From: Azolla caroliniana | Taxonomy: Eukaryota; Plantae; Polypodiophyta | DNA: 64,000 bases | Reading direction: 5' to 3' | Assembly: GCA_043228905.1 (NCBI GenBank) | Contig: JBHGNT010000009.1 | Coordinates: 11,532,001-11,596,000, forward strand | In this document: in pieces, positions 25,100 to 38,400 of the stretch | Position numbering within the stretch: the first letter of the stretch is position 1 | How the letters are laid out: each line of letters starts with the position of its first letter | Notes under the pieces: generated by a model | Database searches by the model: none | What the model was told of the DNA's origin: nothing | Seen by the model: the letters and a program-made list of their open reading frames with translations, nothing else | Translations under genes and position numbers: made by a program

Positions 25100-26495
25100 T
25101 AGGTGACGTAGGTCCCAGATAAGGTTTAAGACGAAACCCATTCACTTTCTATTGTATCACTTCCCCGATCAGCATGCCCAGTTGAAACGTGCCTTATTCT
25201 ACTCCTATTATCCAGTACGGGCCTGTCCAACGGAATAGTAATTTTCTTGGCATATGCCCCATGCGTATTTGGAAAACTAATACCGCTTTTCCCACCATAA
25301 AATCTTTTTCACACGCATGCCAGTGTCGGTCAATGAATGCTTTGCGCCACCGTTGTTTCTGCTCTAATATGGCCATACTGCGTACCCTTGTTTCTCCTAG
25401 CTCTAGCAGTCTCTGTAGCCGTATTTGTGCGGATTTGCCCTCTGGTAGCCGGGCTCGTATTTGAATCCGCAGACTGGGTACCTGGAATTCAACTCGCATA
25501 ACCGCCTCCAAACCAAACGCCAGCCTGAATGGTGTTGATTGTATGCTGCTCTTATAGCTGGTATGGTTTGCCCATAACGCGCTATGCAACTTGGTGTCCC
25601 AATCCGTCCTGTTCTCATTGACTATCTTTTTGAGGATAGTTTGGAGGGTTTTGTTCGTGGATTCCGCCAAGCCATTTGCCTACGGGTAATACGACGTACT
25701 TTTCTTGTGCACCACTACGTAATGTGGGGTCAGTTTGTTGATGACCGTATTCAGAAAGTGACTCCTTTTGTCACTAATGAGCTCGATAGGGCAGCCGAAA
25801 CGACACTAGATGTGTTCGTACAGGAATTTCGTCATGACTGTCGCGGTATTCTCGCGTACTGGTTTCGCTTCTACCTAGTTGGTGTAGTAATCCATAGCCA
25901 CCAGGATGTACTTATTGACTATTCGAGCAACCGCCGGGGTAAAAGGTCCCACGAAATCTAACCCCCACTTTTGGAAAGGATCTAGTGGCAACACTGGTTG
26001 GTGTGGCATTCTTGCAACTTCTGTGAGTTGCCCAGTCGTTGGCATAAATCGCACTATCTACAATATTCGTACGCGTACTTTTGCGTCGCCAGCCACCAAA
26101 GTCCTGCTTGCCAAATTTTCTGGGCCATAACATCGCCTGCGTAATGTCCTCCCACCGTACCATAATGGGCTTCGCGTAGAACCGCGGCCTTCTCATCCTG
26201 CTGTATTCCGCGCCTCCAAATGCCATCCCTGCCCTTGTGTATAGTATGTTTTCTACTAAACAGAAATTTCAACTACGGACGACCAACCGTTTTTTCTCAT
26301 CCGTCCGTAATTGTGGTGGCGATAACCCCGTGGTCAGGAAGTAGGTCATTTCCATGAGCCACCGATCTGGGGAGGTCTTTTTCGTTCGTTCTGCTAGCGC
26401 TACTACCCGCAGAATGTCTACATCCGGAAAGTCGTTGTCATCCCTCTGTGCCGTTTCTCCATTATCGAGTCTGCTCAAAAATTCTGCCACTACGT
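25100..26495 (-). pseudogene. Element C integrase
   Basis: HYGTVGGHYAG, AESTNKTL...DWDTKLHSALWA, FRWTGPYWI. Confidence 0.9.
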
Positions 26496-27210
26496 TGTCG
26501 AGGTATTCCTCGCGGATGCGTGGAGTGAGGCAGGACCTCGGGGGTCCTGTACCGAAGAGTAAGAGAGAGAGAGAGAGAGAGAGACCCACTACGTGCGAGC
26601 ATAGATTCACAGGGACACGGCCCTTCGACGCAAGGACGCGAATGGGACACCGACACAAAAAGACACGAAAGTATGTATGTATTGACAAGACAAACAACAA
26701 GAACACTAAGACAACAAAACACGAAGTCGGTTACAACCGAACAGGCCGGCGGACAGATGCCGATACCTGTTCGTAAACGCACAGAAAGACAGGAACAGGT
26801 TGGAGGTGCTGCCGGAAGCACTCGGGCATTCCTCGGAGCAGCGCGAGCCTCCCGAAACCTGCACAGAAGGAAGCTATGGAGTCTGTGAACCAGAGAGAGA
26901 GAGAGAGAAGCCTTCGCGCCCAATCCGACAGCACTTCGTCCTCGACTCTCCGCCCTCCCTCTACCCTCCTCGTCTCCTTCCTTTTATAGGCAAGGAAGGA
27001 GCCGTTTCCCCTTTTACTACCTACCTACCGAATCTACCTAGGATCTCCTATGTACAACTCAAGGCGCACGTGCATGAAGAGTCGGTTTCTACGCTCCGGT
27101 GCACCGATCCCACTCGTGGACGGTTTTCTTCACGACATCCGCCCCCACCTAACCGCGCATCCACCGGCATGCGCCAAATTGTGTTGGGACGGAGAAAACC
27201 TGTCCAGCCT

Positions 27211-30200
27211 TCATTCCCCGCCCGTCGGTTCTTCCTCGGTTTCGGATCGTTCATCGTCACGGTCCAGGTCAACCGGATCTGGCTCGTCGTCGTGACGCTT
27301 CTTGAATGCTTTGATCCGCTTCCCCGCTACCGGAATCGCCATTCTCGTACCGTCGAGTTTCGCCAGATGGTACGTCCCGTTGTCGTTGGCGCTTTGTACC
27401 ACGTAAGGCCCGAACCACCTTCTTGCGAACTTCCGCGTCGCTCGGTGCTGGTTGTCGAGGATGCTGTCGTAGACTAGCACCCAGTCGCCTTCCTCGATCT
27501 TCTTTGGTTGGAGCCGGTGCGTCCGGTCGAACCGGGCTTTGTTCCTCGTCTTGGCCACCCGAAGCCTTTCCGCAGCCTGCTCCACATCCTCCGGTCTCCG
27601 CTCGAGCTGTTGTATGTGCTCCGTCAACAGTTCCTCCCGGCTCATCTCGTCTCTCCAGTCCACGGTTGCCCATGAGGAGACCGTACGTTCGATCGGCATG
27701 ATCGGCTTCTGCCCAAACATCAGCTCTGCCGGCATGAATCCGGTTACCGAACTGTGCGTAGTTCGGTCCGCCCACAACGCGTAAGGCAACAGCCGCGGCC
27801 AGTTCCCGACTTGACCTCCGCATGCCCGAACTAACGCCTTGACGATTGGTCCGTGTCCGCGCTCCACCTTTCCATTCGCCTCCGGATTGTACGCAGTGGT
27901 AAGCGAGAGCTTGACTCCTAGCCGGTCGAATAGCTCCTCGGCCTCTTCGGCGTCCAACTCCCCGCGATCAGCCACGATCTTCCCGACGCACCCGTACCGG
28001 CATATTACGTCCTCGAGCAGGAACCGACATACGGCCGCAGTCGTTTTGTTCTGAAGGGCCCAGCCTTCCACCTGGTTCGTTAGATCTTCTCGAGCCAGGA
28101 CCAGATACCGCATCTGTCCTACTCCTATCGGCATTGTTACCAGGTCTACCATCCATTTGAAGTGGATGGTCGGAGGGTACGTAGGGTGAAGTTCGTCCTG
28201 GTGTCGGACTATGGAGTGCATCTGACAGCTCTCGCAAGTTGTCACGAATCGATGCACGTCCCGGTACAGTCCCGGCCACCAGTACTTCCCCTTTATCTTC
28301 TCGAACGTGGCCCAGGTTCCACGGTGTCCGGCCCAAGGGCTGTCATGGTAGGCCGTTAGCAGCTCCTCCTGTTCTTCCTTCATCGCCACCACCCGGAGCG
28401 GAGCGCCGTCCCTCTTCTTCGGGTGCTTCCATAAGTATCCGTCCCGGAGAAAGAATCGGTAAGCTTTCTTCCGGATCCGGTTGGCCTCGTCCTTCGTCCA
28501 TGACGCATCCGGCGTCATTGTCCTCAAGAATCCACCGATCTGGAGCCACTCGCCGTCGTACTTGCTCTCGTCGAAGTCGTTAAGTGCCGGAGTGCTCGTC
28601 CCATCGGTCGTCACGTACGCCGCCTCGAAGAAGTCCACGCCGACTTCTTCGTCCTCCGAAACCATGCCGCCCTCGTCATCAAACCTCGCCCTCGAAAGCA
28701 TGTCGGCCATGGCGTTGTCCTTTCCGGAAATGTGTCGTATCTCCGGGTCCAGGGACTTGATGTACGCTATCCACCTGAGCATCGCCAGGTCCGGTGTCGC
28801 GCATCCGGAAACCATGCCAAGAATCGGCAGGCAATCCGTCTCGATAATCACTCCTGTCCCGATCAGGTAGTCTTTGTCCGCCTTTACCGCCAAAACGATA
28901 CCCCAGAGTTCGCGTTTAACCTGGGCGTACCCTCGCTGTCGCTCACTGAGGACCTTAGCGCCGAATCGGATCGGGAACCGGGTGCCGTCCTCGTCTTCTT
29001 GGTTGACGACCCATCCGATCCCGGTCGGGCTCGTATCCACCGTTATGTATACCGGGGTACCTTTCTCGTAGACAGCCTTCCGGAGCGCCGGTGCTGCCGT
29101 AAGAGCTTCCTTCAGCTTTGGGACCGACCCCGTGTGCTCGTCTCGCCACTCGAATTTTCGCCCTTTCTTCAGCAACCCGTATAGCGGCTCCGCAACGTGG
29201 GCGTAATGTGGGATCCATATGTGGTAGAATGCGCATGCCCCCAGGAACCTCTGAACTTCCGTAACCGAGCTACAGTCGGTCTTCATCGCGGAGATGGCTT
29301 CTACCTTTGCCGGAGACGGCTTCCGACCATAAGGTCCACATAGGTGTCCGACCACCAGGATTTCCGATTGCCCGAAGGCCGATTTCTCCCCGGAGAAGGT
29401 GAGCCTCGCCTCCTCTAGCCTTTGTAGCACCTTCTCACAGTCGTCGATGTGTGTTGCAACGAATCGCCGGCATCCGTCCGGCCCGAGTGTCTCGTCCTTC
29501 TCTTCCACCCGGCACCCTTTGATAGGGATGTCGTCTAGAAACAGCATGGTGATGTCCGGGATGCAATCCCTCAGTACCTTGTTCATTGCATTCACCATGT
29601 GGGCCACCGAGTTGGTCCCTCCCTGTGGCAGGGTACACATTCGCACTAGGCCGAGGGGAGTTCGCATCGTCGTAATGTCTCTGCTCTCCACGGCTAGCTA
29701 GACCTGGTCGTACCCTGAGTATAGATCACCAACCGAGTAAATCGACCTTCCGGCAAAGGCCTCCGCGAACTCGTCTATGGTCGGTCCGATTCCTGCGTTT
29801 CGAATGGTCACTCTGTTGACCGGCTGCAGGTCTTGAATGAAGCGCAACGTTCCGTTTTTCTTCGGTACGGTAAACCATCGGTTCGAGTATGGGGCACTCG
29901 ACGGTTCAAGAATGCCCATATCTACTTTCTGCCTCAATAGCTCCATCAACTTCGGGATGTGAGCTCTCGGTACCGGAATCGGCATGAGATTCCACGGCAC
30001 ATGCGTTACCGTGAATATCACCATCGGCTCCACGATCGTCGGGTCTACGCACCCGATCTCTTTCGGTGAGAATGCGAAGGCTTTCCCGTGCCTTCCGAGC
30101 ATCCTCCGAAACCGGTCTTCCTCCGCCGGCAGTAGGAACCCGCCCCCACCGATTTTGAGCTCCCGGAGCGTCCCGTCGGTGAAGGTGTGCCCTATGCAGG

Positions 30201-30684
30201 CCGGATCTCGTAAACTGGGGTCCGACGCAACCCCTCTGATCCTGGACTCGCTGCCCTCCGGTAAGGGTGCCGAGATTGGCCTTACCTTCCGATCCACAGT
30301 CTTGTACTTTGTGCTAACCCGGGCCGTCTGATCCGTCCCGAGCCCCCGACTGAAGTTCGCGATGACTTCGTACATCTCTTCGGAACATACCGGTATCGTC
30401 CGGTCTTCGTTAAGGTCTTCTCCGGCAACCTTCCTCAGCATCCCTAAGGTGTCGTCGAAGGAGACCGCCTCCACGGCTCCGCTGATTTCCTCGTCCGGGC
30501 CGAGAACTCCGCACGCTCGAAGTCGCTCTTCCACCCTGGTCCTTTCCCGGCCAACGATGTCGACCATCATACACCCTCCGTTGTCGGAGAAGCAAAATCC
30601 CCTACCTATCGTATAGTCGTGGGGTCTTTTCCGAGTGTCCGGGCTGTCTCGGCCCCACGCCTTGGCAGCCCTCTCTAAAAATCC
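27211..30684 (-). pseudogene. B1 pol (RT, RNase H, integrase) with one premature stop
   Basis: RFIQDLQPVN, FLDD, VDTSPTGIGW, integrase core, GPY; stop at 29698-29700. Confidence 0.93.
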
Positions 30685-32801
30685 TCCCGGTTCTCGCCAC
30701 CGAGGGACTCGCGGTTTCTCTCATGGTTCGGCCGCACCGTCAAAAATTGCACCGAATGGTGCCCGTCCTGGCTTTTGACCCTCGCGTAGGCCGAACCGTT
30801 GTCCAGCACCTTGGTCTCCATTCGCGCCGCCGTGATGTATGGTTCCCCTAATATGACCGGGTGCGAAGACGTTTCCTGTACGAAGAAGTGCTGGTCAATC
30901 TCGACGTCGCCGATCTTGACTCGCACGTTCGGGCAGGCCCCATGCAGTTCCTCTGTGGCGCGCGTCGCTGCCCGTATCTTCCACCCGTGCTTGGTGTTGA
31001 TCGGCCACTTCCCCTTCTTATAGAAGTCCATGGACATTAGGTTTATTTCCGAACCGTGGTCTACCAACGCCACCACCGGTTCCCGAACATCTCCGATTTT
31101 TACCGGGGTCTCCGTGGTCGCTCGGGCCCAGTGTGGCCTCGAGTAGTGGCTCTCCGCCCACTCATCTTCCAGCGCCGAGTCATCGATGTGCGTCGTCCGC
31201 ACCTCCACCGGTTTTTCCAGTTCCGTCTCCGTCGACAGTCTCTTCCGTTTCACCAAGTCTACAATGGAGTCGTGGAACTCCTTCTTGGCGATCCCTAGCA
31301 CCTCCCGTAATGACAGCTCCACCTTGCTGTCGAGGATCCGTTCCTCTAGGACCTTCCGTAGGTCCGTAGTCCTTTCAATTTCCGTCCCTAGTCGGTATCC
31401 GCCCTTCCTGGGGTTATCTTGCGAGCTGGGCCCGCCGGCATCGTTCCGTCGTTGCCCGAATCGGGTCTCGTACCGTTGTGAGGGCCCGGCCGCTCCGGCT
31501 TTCCCCACTCGTTTTTCTTCTACCAGAGCCTCGTAGTTCCGGCAAGCGGCTTCTACGAAGCCCGTCTTCTCCTCGACCGGATCACTCCACCCGGTTATTT
31601 CCCGGGCCCGTCTCTCAGCGCGGTCCGTTTCATCTTTCCTCAGCTGCGCACCGGCGAGGCCTTCCAGCATTGCCGACCAGAAACCGTCTTTACTTTCCTT
31701 TCGGGCCTCGCTGCCCCCGACCTGAATACCGGCTGACGCCGAGTAGTGGATGGCCTCCACGTGTCGGGCCACTGCCTCTTCCATCAGTCTCTTCATACCT
31801 CCTCGCCCGTCGTTTCGGCTCAGGGCCCTCCTGGTGTCGCCAGCGTGCACCCGGCCTTCCCACAGGTACACCACCCGGTTTCTCAACGCCTCTGCAAAAT
31901 CGCCGCAGTCCTTCCGAATGTGGCCAACCTCGTCGCACCACATGCACCTGTTCCCTGCTGCCGGTCGTCGGTCACGAGCCGGTTCGCCGCCTTCCCTTCA
32001 AGTCTGGGCGATCTGGAGATCCTTTATCGCCCGCGTCAACTCCTCTAGCGCGGCTCCTCCGGACGAGCCATTGACCATGCTGGTCGAAGCTGGACCGGTC
32101 TCGAGCCATTCCCGGGTTTCTTCCCTTCGCACTTGCGGTGCCGGTTCAAGCCTCCTTGCTGTAACATAGCCCGCACCTGCCGCCCCGTTGTCAGCCCATT
32201 CTCGCCGTTTGTCAAAACGGCCACAGACTCTCTTAACCGCAGCCCAGTCGGTTATCAGCCCGTCTTCAGTTTCCAGCAAGGAGCCGACTTGATCCCGGTC
32301 CCGCTCGTCCACCGACTTGACGAACAGTAGGACCCGGCTCGTATCCAGAATGGTTCGGTCAAGCGCCGAAAGGCGCGCAAAGCGTTCTTCGAACTCCCGG
32401 AGGAGTGCCGACGCGTTTCTTCCTTTGCCGGGGGACTCCACCCATTCCATGAAGTCCCGTTTCGAAAGCCGAAGCGCGTCGTCCAGCCCATATTTCTCTA
32501 GGAGTCGGCCTTCGAACTCCTCCCAGGTACGGCTCTCCGCCCGTACCTCGAGCACCTCCGCATGGATGCTCGGCATCGCCACTCGAGGGAACCCGGCAAG
32601 ACGCCTCTCTTCCGGAATGTCCCGCATCAGCATTTCCGCCCCGTAGGACGCCAAATACCTCGTAGCATCCTTTCCGCTGAAACGGCCGATCGTACCGACG
32701 ACCACCTCAATGGCTCTGTCGAGGGCACCGGTGCCCTCGCGTGTGCTCAATATCCGATCCACGGCCGAAGCCATGGCCTCTGCAAGATCCGACCCCCTCA
32801 T
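30675..32801 (-). pseudogene. B1 gag-protease with one premature stop
   Basis: CMWCDEVGHIRKDC knuckle, LVDHGSEINL and ILGEPY protease motifs; TGA at 31998-32000 where B2 has CGA. Confidence 0.9.
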
Positions 32802-32823
32802 CCTCTGCTCTTCTGCCGCCTCT

Positions 32824-32841
32824 TTCACGTCGGGTTCACCA
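32824..32841 (-). promoter_or_regulatory. Primer binding site, tRNA-Trp (B1)
   Basis: TGGTGAACCCGACGTGAA 4 nt after the 5' LTR; complementary to the plant cytosolic tRNA-Trp 3' end as recalled. Confidence 0.85.
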
Positions 32842-33489
32842 AATATGTCGAGGTATTCCTCGCGGATGCGTGGAGTGAGGCGGGACCTCGGGGGTCCTGT
32901 ACCGAAGAGTAAGAGAGAGAGAGAGAGAGAGAGACCCACTACGTGCGAGCGTAGATTCACAGGGACACAGCCCTTCGACGCAAGGACGCGAATGGGACAC
33001 CGACACAAAAAGACACGAAAGTATGTATGTATTGACAAGACAAACAACAAGAACACTAAGACAACAAAACACGAAGTCGGTTACAACCGAACAGGCCGGC
33101 GGACAGATGCCGATACCTGTTCGTAAACGCACAGAAAGACAGGAACAGGTTGGAGGTGCTGCCGGAAGCACTCGGGCATTCCTCGGAGCAGCGCGAGCCT
33201 CCCGAAACCTGCACAGAAGGAAGCTATGGAGTCTGTGAACCAGAGAGAGAGAGAGAGAGAAAACTTCGCGCCCAATCCGACAGCACTTCGTCCTCGACTC
33301 TCCGCCCTCCCTCTACCCTCCTCGTCTCCTTCCTTTTATAGGCAAGGAAGGAGCCGTTTCCCCTTTTACTACCTACCTACCGAATCTACCTAGGATCTCC
33401 TATGTACAACTCAAGGCGCACGTGCATGAAGAGTCGGTTTCTACGCTCCGGTGCACCGATCCCACTCGTGGACGGTTTTCTTCACGACA

Positions 33490-34906
33490 ACGTGTTGCGT
33501 ACCCAGGCGGTGCTGAATTACAAAGTCGAATTCCTGAAGCAGCAGCATCCATCTCGCCAATTTCTTCGTCACCTCTTGTTTCTCCACCAAATATAGCAGT
33601 GCCGAATGATCCACGTGAAATGTGAATTTCCGCCCTACCAGATAATGCTAGAACTTATCGATGTTCTGTTGTGGAATAGTTACACTCAATCATTGATCAT
33701 TTTCAACTAGCGTAGTACACTGGCCGGTACAAATTTGGCTCCGTGAGCTGCATTAGCGCACTACCTATTGCTATGTCCGAGGCATCTACGAACACATGGA
33801 ATGGCTTCACCCAAACTGGTGGTTGTACGATGGGTGCTTGCATTAGCATTACCTTTAGCGCATCATATGCCTTTTCTTCCGTAGCTATCCATTGCAAGGG
33901 AGTCCGATGAACGATGGCATGTAACGGCGTGGCGAAGTCCGCCAAATAGCGTATCATCCGACTGTGCCATCGTATTTGTCCTAAAAAACGGATGAGTGAT
34001 TTCGCGTTTGTCGGCGTTTTCGCGTGGGTAATCGCGGAGATTTTATTCGAATCGACCACTATCCCTTCCTTGCTGACTATATCGCCGAGGAGAGCCCCAC
34101 TGGTAACGCCAAAGGCACATTTGGCAGGATTTAGGCTTAAGCGTGCGGTGCAGCAACGTTCCAGACACAGTTGCAGATGCGTAAAATGGTCGGTTGTTCT
34201 TCCATATACTGGAAAATCGTCTAAAAAAACTTGCATGAAGGCCGGAATATATTCCCCAAAAATCTTCGTGATTGTCCGTTGAAATGTCGTCGGCGCCATC
34301 TTTAGCCCGAACATCATGACGACTGCAACATAGACTCCTCAGTCTATGACAAACGTCGTCTTCTCTTAGTCGTCGGGGTGCATGCATACATGATTGTACC
34401 CACTGAAGCCATCTAAAAAACTGTACATGTCATGCCCCGCGACGGCGTCCAGTACGCTAACGGTGAAAAGTAAAGGGAATGCGTCCGTAATGGTTATGGC
34501 GTTTGGGTTTCGGTAGTCCACGCATAACCGTATTTTGCCATTTTTCTTTGGTACAACTACGATCGGGCTTAACCATGTAGCTTGTTTAATTGGTCGTATG
34601 AATCCCGCCTTCACGAGTTTGTCAATTTCTTCTTTTACGCGGGCCATGTAGTTTGGGTTCATGCGGTATCGACGCTGCTGGACCGGTTTTGCATCGGTTG
34701 CTAAATTGATCTTATGTTGATTGAACTTCGGATCTAACTCCTTCATGTCCTCGTAGGCCCAGGCGAACACATCTTTATACTTCCTGAGTAGTGCTATCAT
34801 CGCGTCTCTCTTATCCGGCATTAATTCTTTTGCGATGGATAAGAAATGGGGTTCTGACGTCGTACCCACGTTTACTTCTTCCAGGGCTGAGACGGTGACT
34901 TGGCGT
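33490..34906 (-). pseudogene. Element C reverse transcriptase and RNase H
   Basis: WLSPIVVVPKKNGKIRLCVDYR, FLDGFSGYN, FLDD, FVDASDIAIG. Confidence 0.92.
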
Positions 34907-35407
34907 TGTCACGTTGCTACGCGCGTGCGTGGAGAAGGGCGGAACCACGGGGGTCTTGGACTAAGGAGTAGAGGAGAAGGAATCGGACACGGAATGGAAG
35001 CTTTGCTCAAGAAGAAGAAGAATGAACAAGAGATTAGATCGAACAAGAGGAAGATGGAGACAAGATGATCAACAAGATATATTAAAACGAAATGAACGAT
35101 TACAAAAAAGGTGGCTGCATAGGCCGCACCACACGACTACTCAAAAACCCTAACCGACGAAGATGAAGATAAAGATAAAGAAACCCTAACCCTAACGCTC
35201 GACCTATGTGGTATACCTCGCACACTCAAAATAGGCAACCCTTTTACAAAGGCCGCTCCCTTCCTTTTATAGAACAAGGAGAGGGATGCGTTACATGGGA
35301 TCGTCTGTCCCGACTTGACTACTCTTCGGCGCCATAAAGGCGCCCTCGTTATTCACACTAAATGTACAAGGGTTTCCGCATCTGGCCGAAATTCTTCACG
35401 ACATCCG

Positions 35408-38400
35408 TGTTAGGGAATGGATGCTTTCCAAACCTCTCGGCCACAACCGAGGACACACGGGTCAGTGCAGAAGTAAATCAAGAAAACAGAGAGAGACTCG
35501 AATGCACAAGGTTTAGCGTGGAAAACCCTAGACGGGAAAAACCACGGGAGTGCAAGACTCCAACTAGACACTATACGCAAGGAATGTACAATGGCGAGCT
35601 GCAAGGCGACGACCTTGAGCTCGCTGTCCTCGCCACAGGCGGCGGTATTACACAGAGGCGTCGACCTCTTCCTTTCTCTCTCTCTCACTCTCTCTCTCGG
35701 CTGCTCTCACTTCGCTCCCTCTAAGTGGAAAAACAGAAAATGAGCAACAACCACAAAACTGTTTGCCCTAAGTCATATTTATACACATATGACTTTCGGG
35801 CTATTTACAAATATAGCCTAGAGGGCCCTTGGCAAACATATTCACAAATATGTCCCCGCTTCCGGATCTCTCTCCGGGTACATTCGTCATCCGGCTCCGT
35901 AGCCGGGATCTTCATCATCCGGCTCCGGAGCCGGGGTCTTCATCATCCGGCTCCGTAGTCGGGGTCTTCATCATCCCGATTCCCGGACATCTGACCATCC
36001 CATCCGGAGGGTCCGTAATCCCAACAAACTCCCCCTTCACTTCGGCATGGGATGTCTTTCCAGTCCGACCCTCTTCCGGCACGCTTCCAGCTTGTCGGGT
36101 GTGAGCACTTTGGTAAGCATATCTGACCCGTTCTCGTCCGTGTGGATCTTCGTCAGCACGAACTCCTGGTCATCTATCCTTTCCCGGATCCAGTGATATC
36201 TTCGCTGGATGTGCTTCGTCCGGGAGTGATAGGCCGCATTCTTCGCAAGGTGGATGGCACTCTGACTGTCGCAGTAGAGTCGGTACTCCTCCTGCCGGAT
36301 ACCGAGCTCTCTAATGAAGTCCTTCATCCATATTATTTCCTTGCCGACTTCAACAGCCGCCATGTACTCCGCCTCCGTGGTTGACAACGCAACCGTCTTC
36401 TGCAGCCTCGACTGCCACGAAACAGCTCCCCCTGCATACGTCATCACATACCCTGATGTGGACCGGCTGGTATCTGCATCAGCCGACATATCCGAATCGG
36501 TAAAGCCGTCGAGTTCGGGCTTACCGGAGCCGAATCGGAGGCACACGTTTGCCGTGCCCTTCAGGTATCGGAGTATCCACTTGGCCGCGTTCCAGTGCTC
36601 TTTGCCGGGATTGCTCATGTACCGGCTCACCACTCCGACTGCATATCCTATGTCCGGTCTTGTACACACCATTGCGTACATCAAGCTTCCGACGGCAGAG
36701 GCATATGGTACTTTCATCATGTCCTCCTTCTCAGCCTTTGTCTTGGGGCTTTGCTTGCTGGACAACCTGCAGTTTGCCGGGAGGGTTGACCCGACCGGTC
36801 TTGCTTCCGACATGTTGAACCGGTGAAGCACCTTTGTCACGTACTTCTCCTGTGACAGCCACAACTACTTCTTCTTCCGGTCCCGGATGATGTGCATCCC
36901 TAGTATTTGCCTCGCCGGACCCAGGTCCTTCATTGAGAAGGTTCGATGAAGCGCTTTCTTCAGCATCCGTATCTTGACCTGGTTCCGTCCGACGATCAAC
37001 ATGTCGTCCACGTACAGGAGGAGTATTAGAAAGTCTCCTCCTTTGAACTTCTTCACAAACACGCAGTGATCGGACTGCGTTTTGTGGTACCCTTCGTCGG
37101 TCATGAAAGAGTCGAATTTCCGGTACCATTGTCGGGGAGCCTGCTTCAGTCCGTAAAGGCTCTTCTTTAACCGGCATACCAGGTGCTCCTTCCCTTTCTT
37201 CTCGAATCCTTCTGGTTGCTGCATGTAGATCTCTTCTTCGAGGTCACCGTGAAGGAATGTCGTCTTCACGTCCATCTGTTCTACCTCGAGGTCCATGCTT
37301 GCCGCTATGCTCAGCACCGTCCGGATGGAGGTCATCTTCACTACCGGGGCAAATATCTCGTCGAAGTCGACGCCCTTCTTCTGCTGGAACCCCTTCACCA
37401 CGATCCTGGCTTTGTATCTCGGGGGGTTTCCGGCATCTCCCGGTTTCAGCTTGAACACCCACTTGTTTCGAAGTGCCCGCTTTCCTTTCGGCAACTCCAC
37501 AAGTTCATATGTGTGGTTCTCATGCAGGGAATCCATCTCCTCCTGCATGGCACTTAACCACCTGCGGCTATGGGTGTCAAGCTTTGCTTCTTCAAAACTC
37601 TCCGGCTCCCCCTCGTCGGTTAGCAGCACGTGCTCTGGTTCCGGAAATCTCCGGGGGGCCCTTCTCTCTCTTAGAGGATATCTCCGTTCTGGAGCTTCGG
37701 TAACCGGCTCCTCCGTTTCCTCTTCATCCGAATCCATTTCGGGATCGGGGCTGGTTCCGGTATCAGTTTCATCTTCCTCGGCCGGTTCTGTTTCTTCACC
37801 GTCTTCGGCCGGATCCTCGAGTGCTAACCGGTCCCTTGCCGGTCGGGACTGCTCCTCGTAGAGTTGATCCTCACCGGTCGACTTGGAGCTCTTCATCTTC
37901 TTCTCCGACTCCCAGTCGGTGAGTGTCTTGTCCTCCATGAAGATGATATGACGACTCCGGAATATCTTTTTGTCGACCGGGTCCCATACTCGGTAGCCGA
38001 ACTCGTCATCGCCGTAACCGAGGAATATGCATGGCCGGGTCTTTGGATCTAGCTTTCCTCTCCGGTCCTTTGCCACATGCACATATGCGAGACACCCGAA
38101 CACCTTCAGATGCCGGTAGGATACTTCCCTGCCGGTCCACACTCTCTGCGGCGTGTCTCCGTCCAAAGGTACTGAGGGTGATCTGTTTATCACGTATGTC
38201 GCCGTCGACATTGCCTCAGCCCAAAACCCCTTGGGTAATTTCGCATGCGCCAGCATACTCCGGACCCTCTCCATTATGGTCCGGTTCATCCTCTCATCCA
38301 GCCCGTTCAGTTCCGGTGTCTTCGGCACAGTAAACTCGAGCCGGATTCCCTTCGAGCGACAGTACTCCTCGAACTGCCCCCGGTATTCCCCTCCGTTATC

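Larger units (their letters stand above)
26496..33489 (-). mobile_element. Ty3/gypsy element B1, full length (6994 bp)
   Basis: LTRs 26496-27137 and 32846-33489 (about 5 substitutions plus GA-run difference); 4-bp TSD ACGT (26492-26495 / 33490-33493); PPT aggtgggggcgga. Confidence 0.97.
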
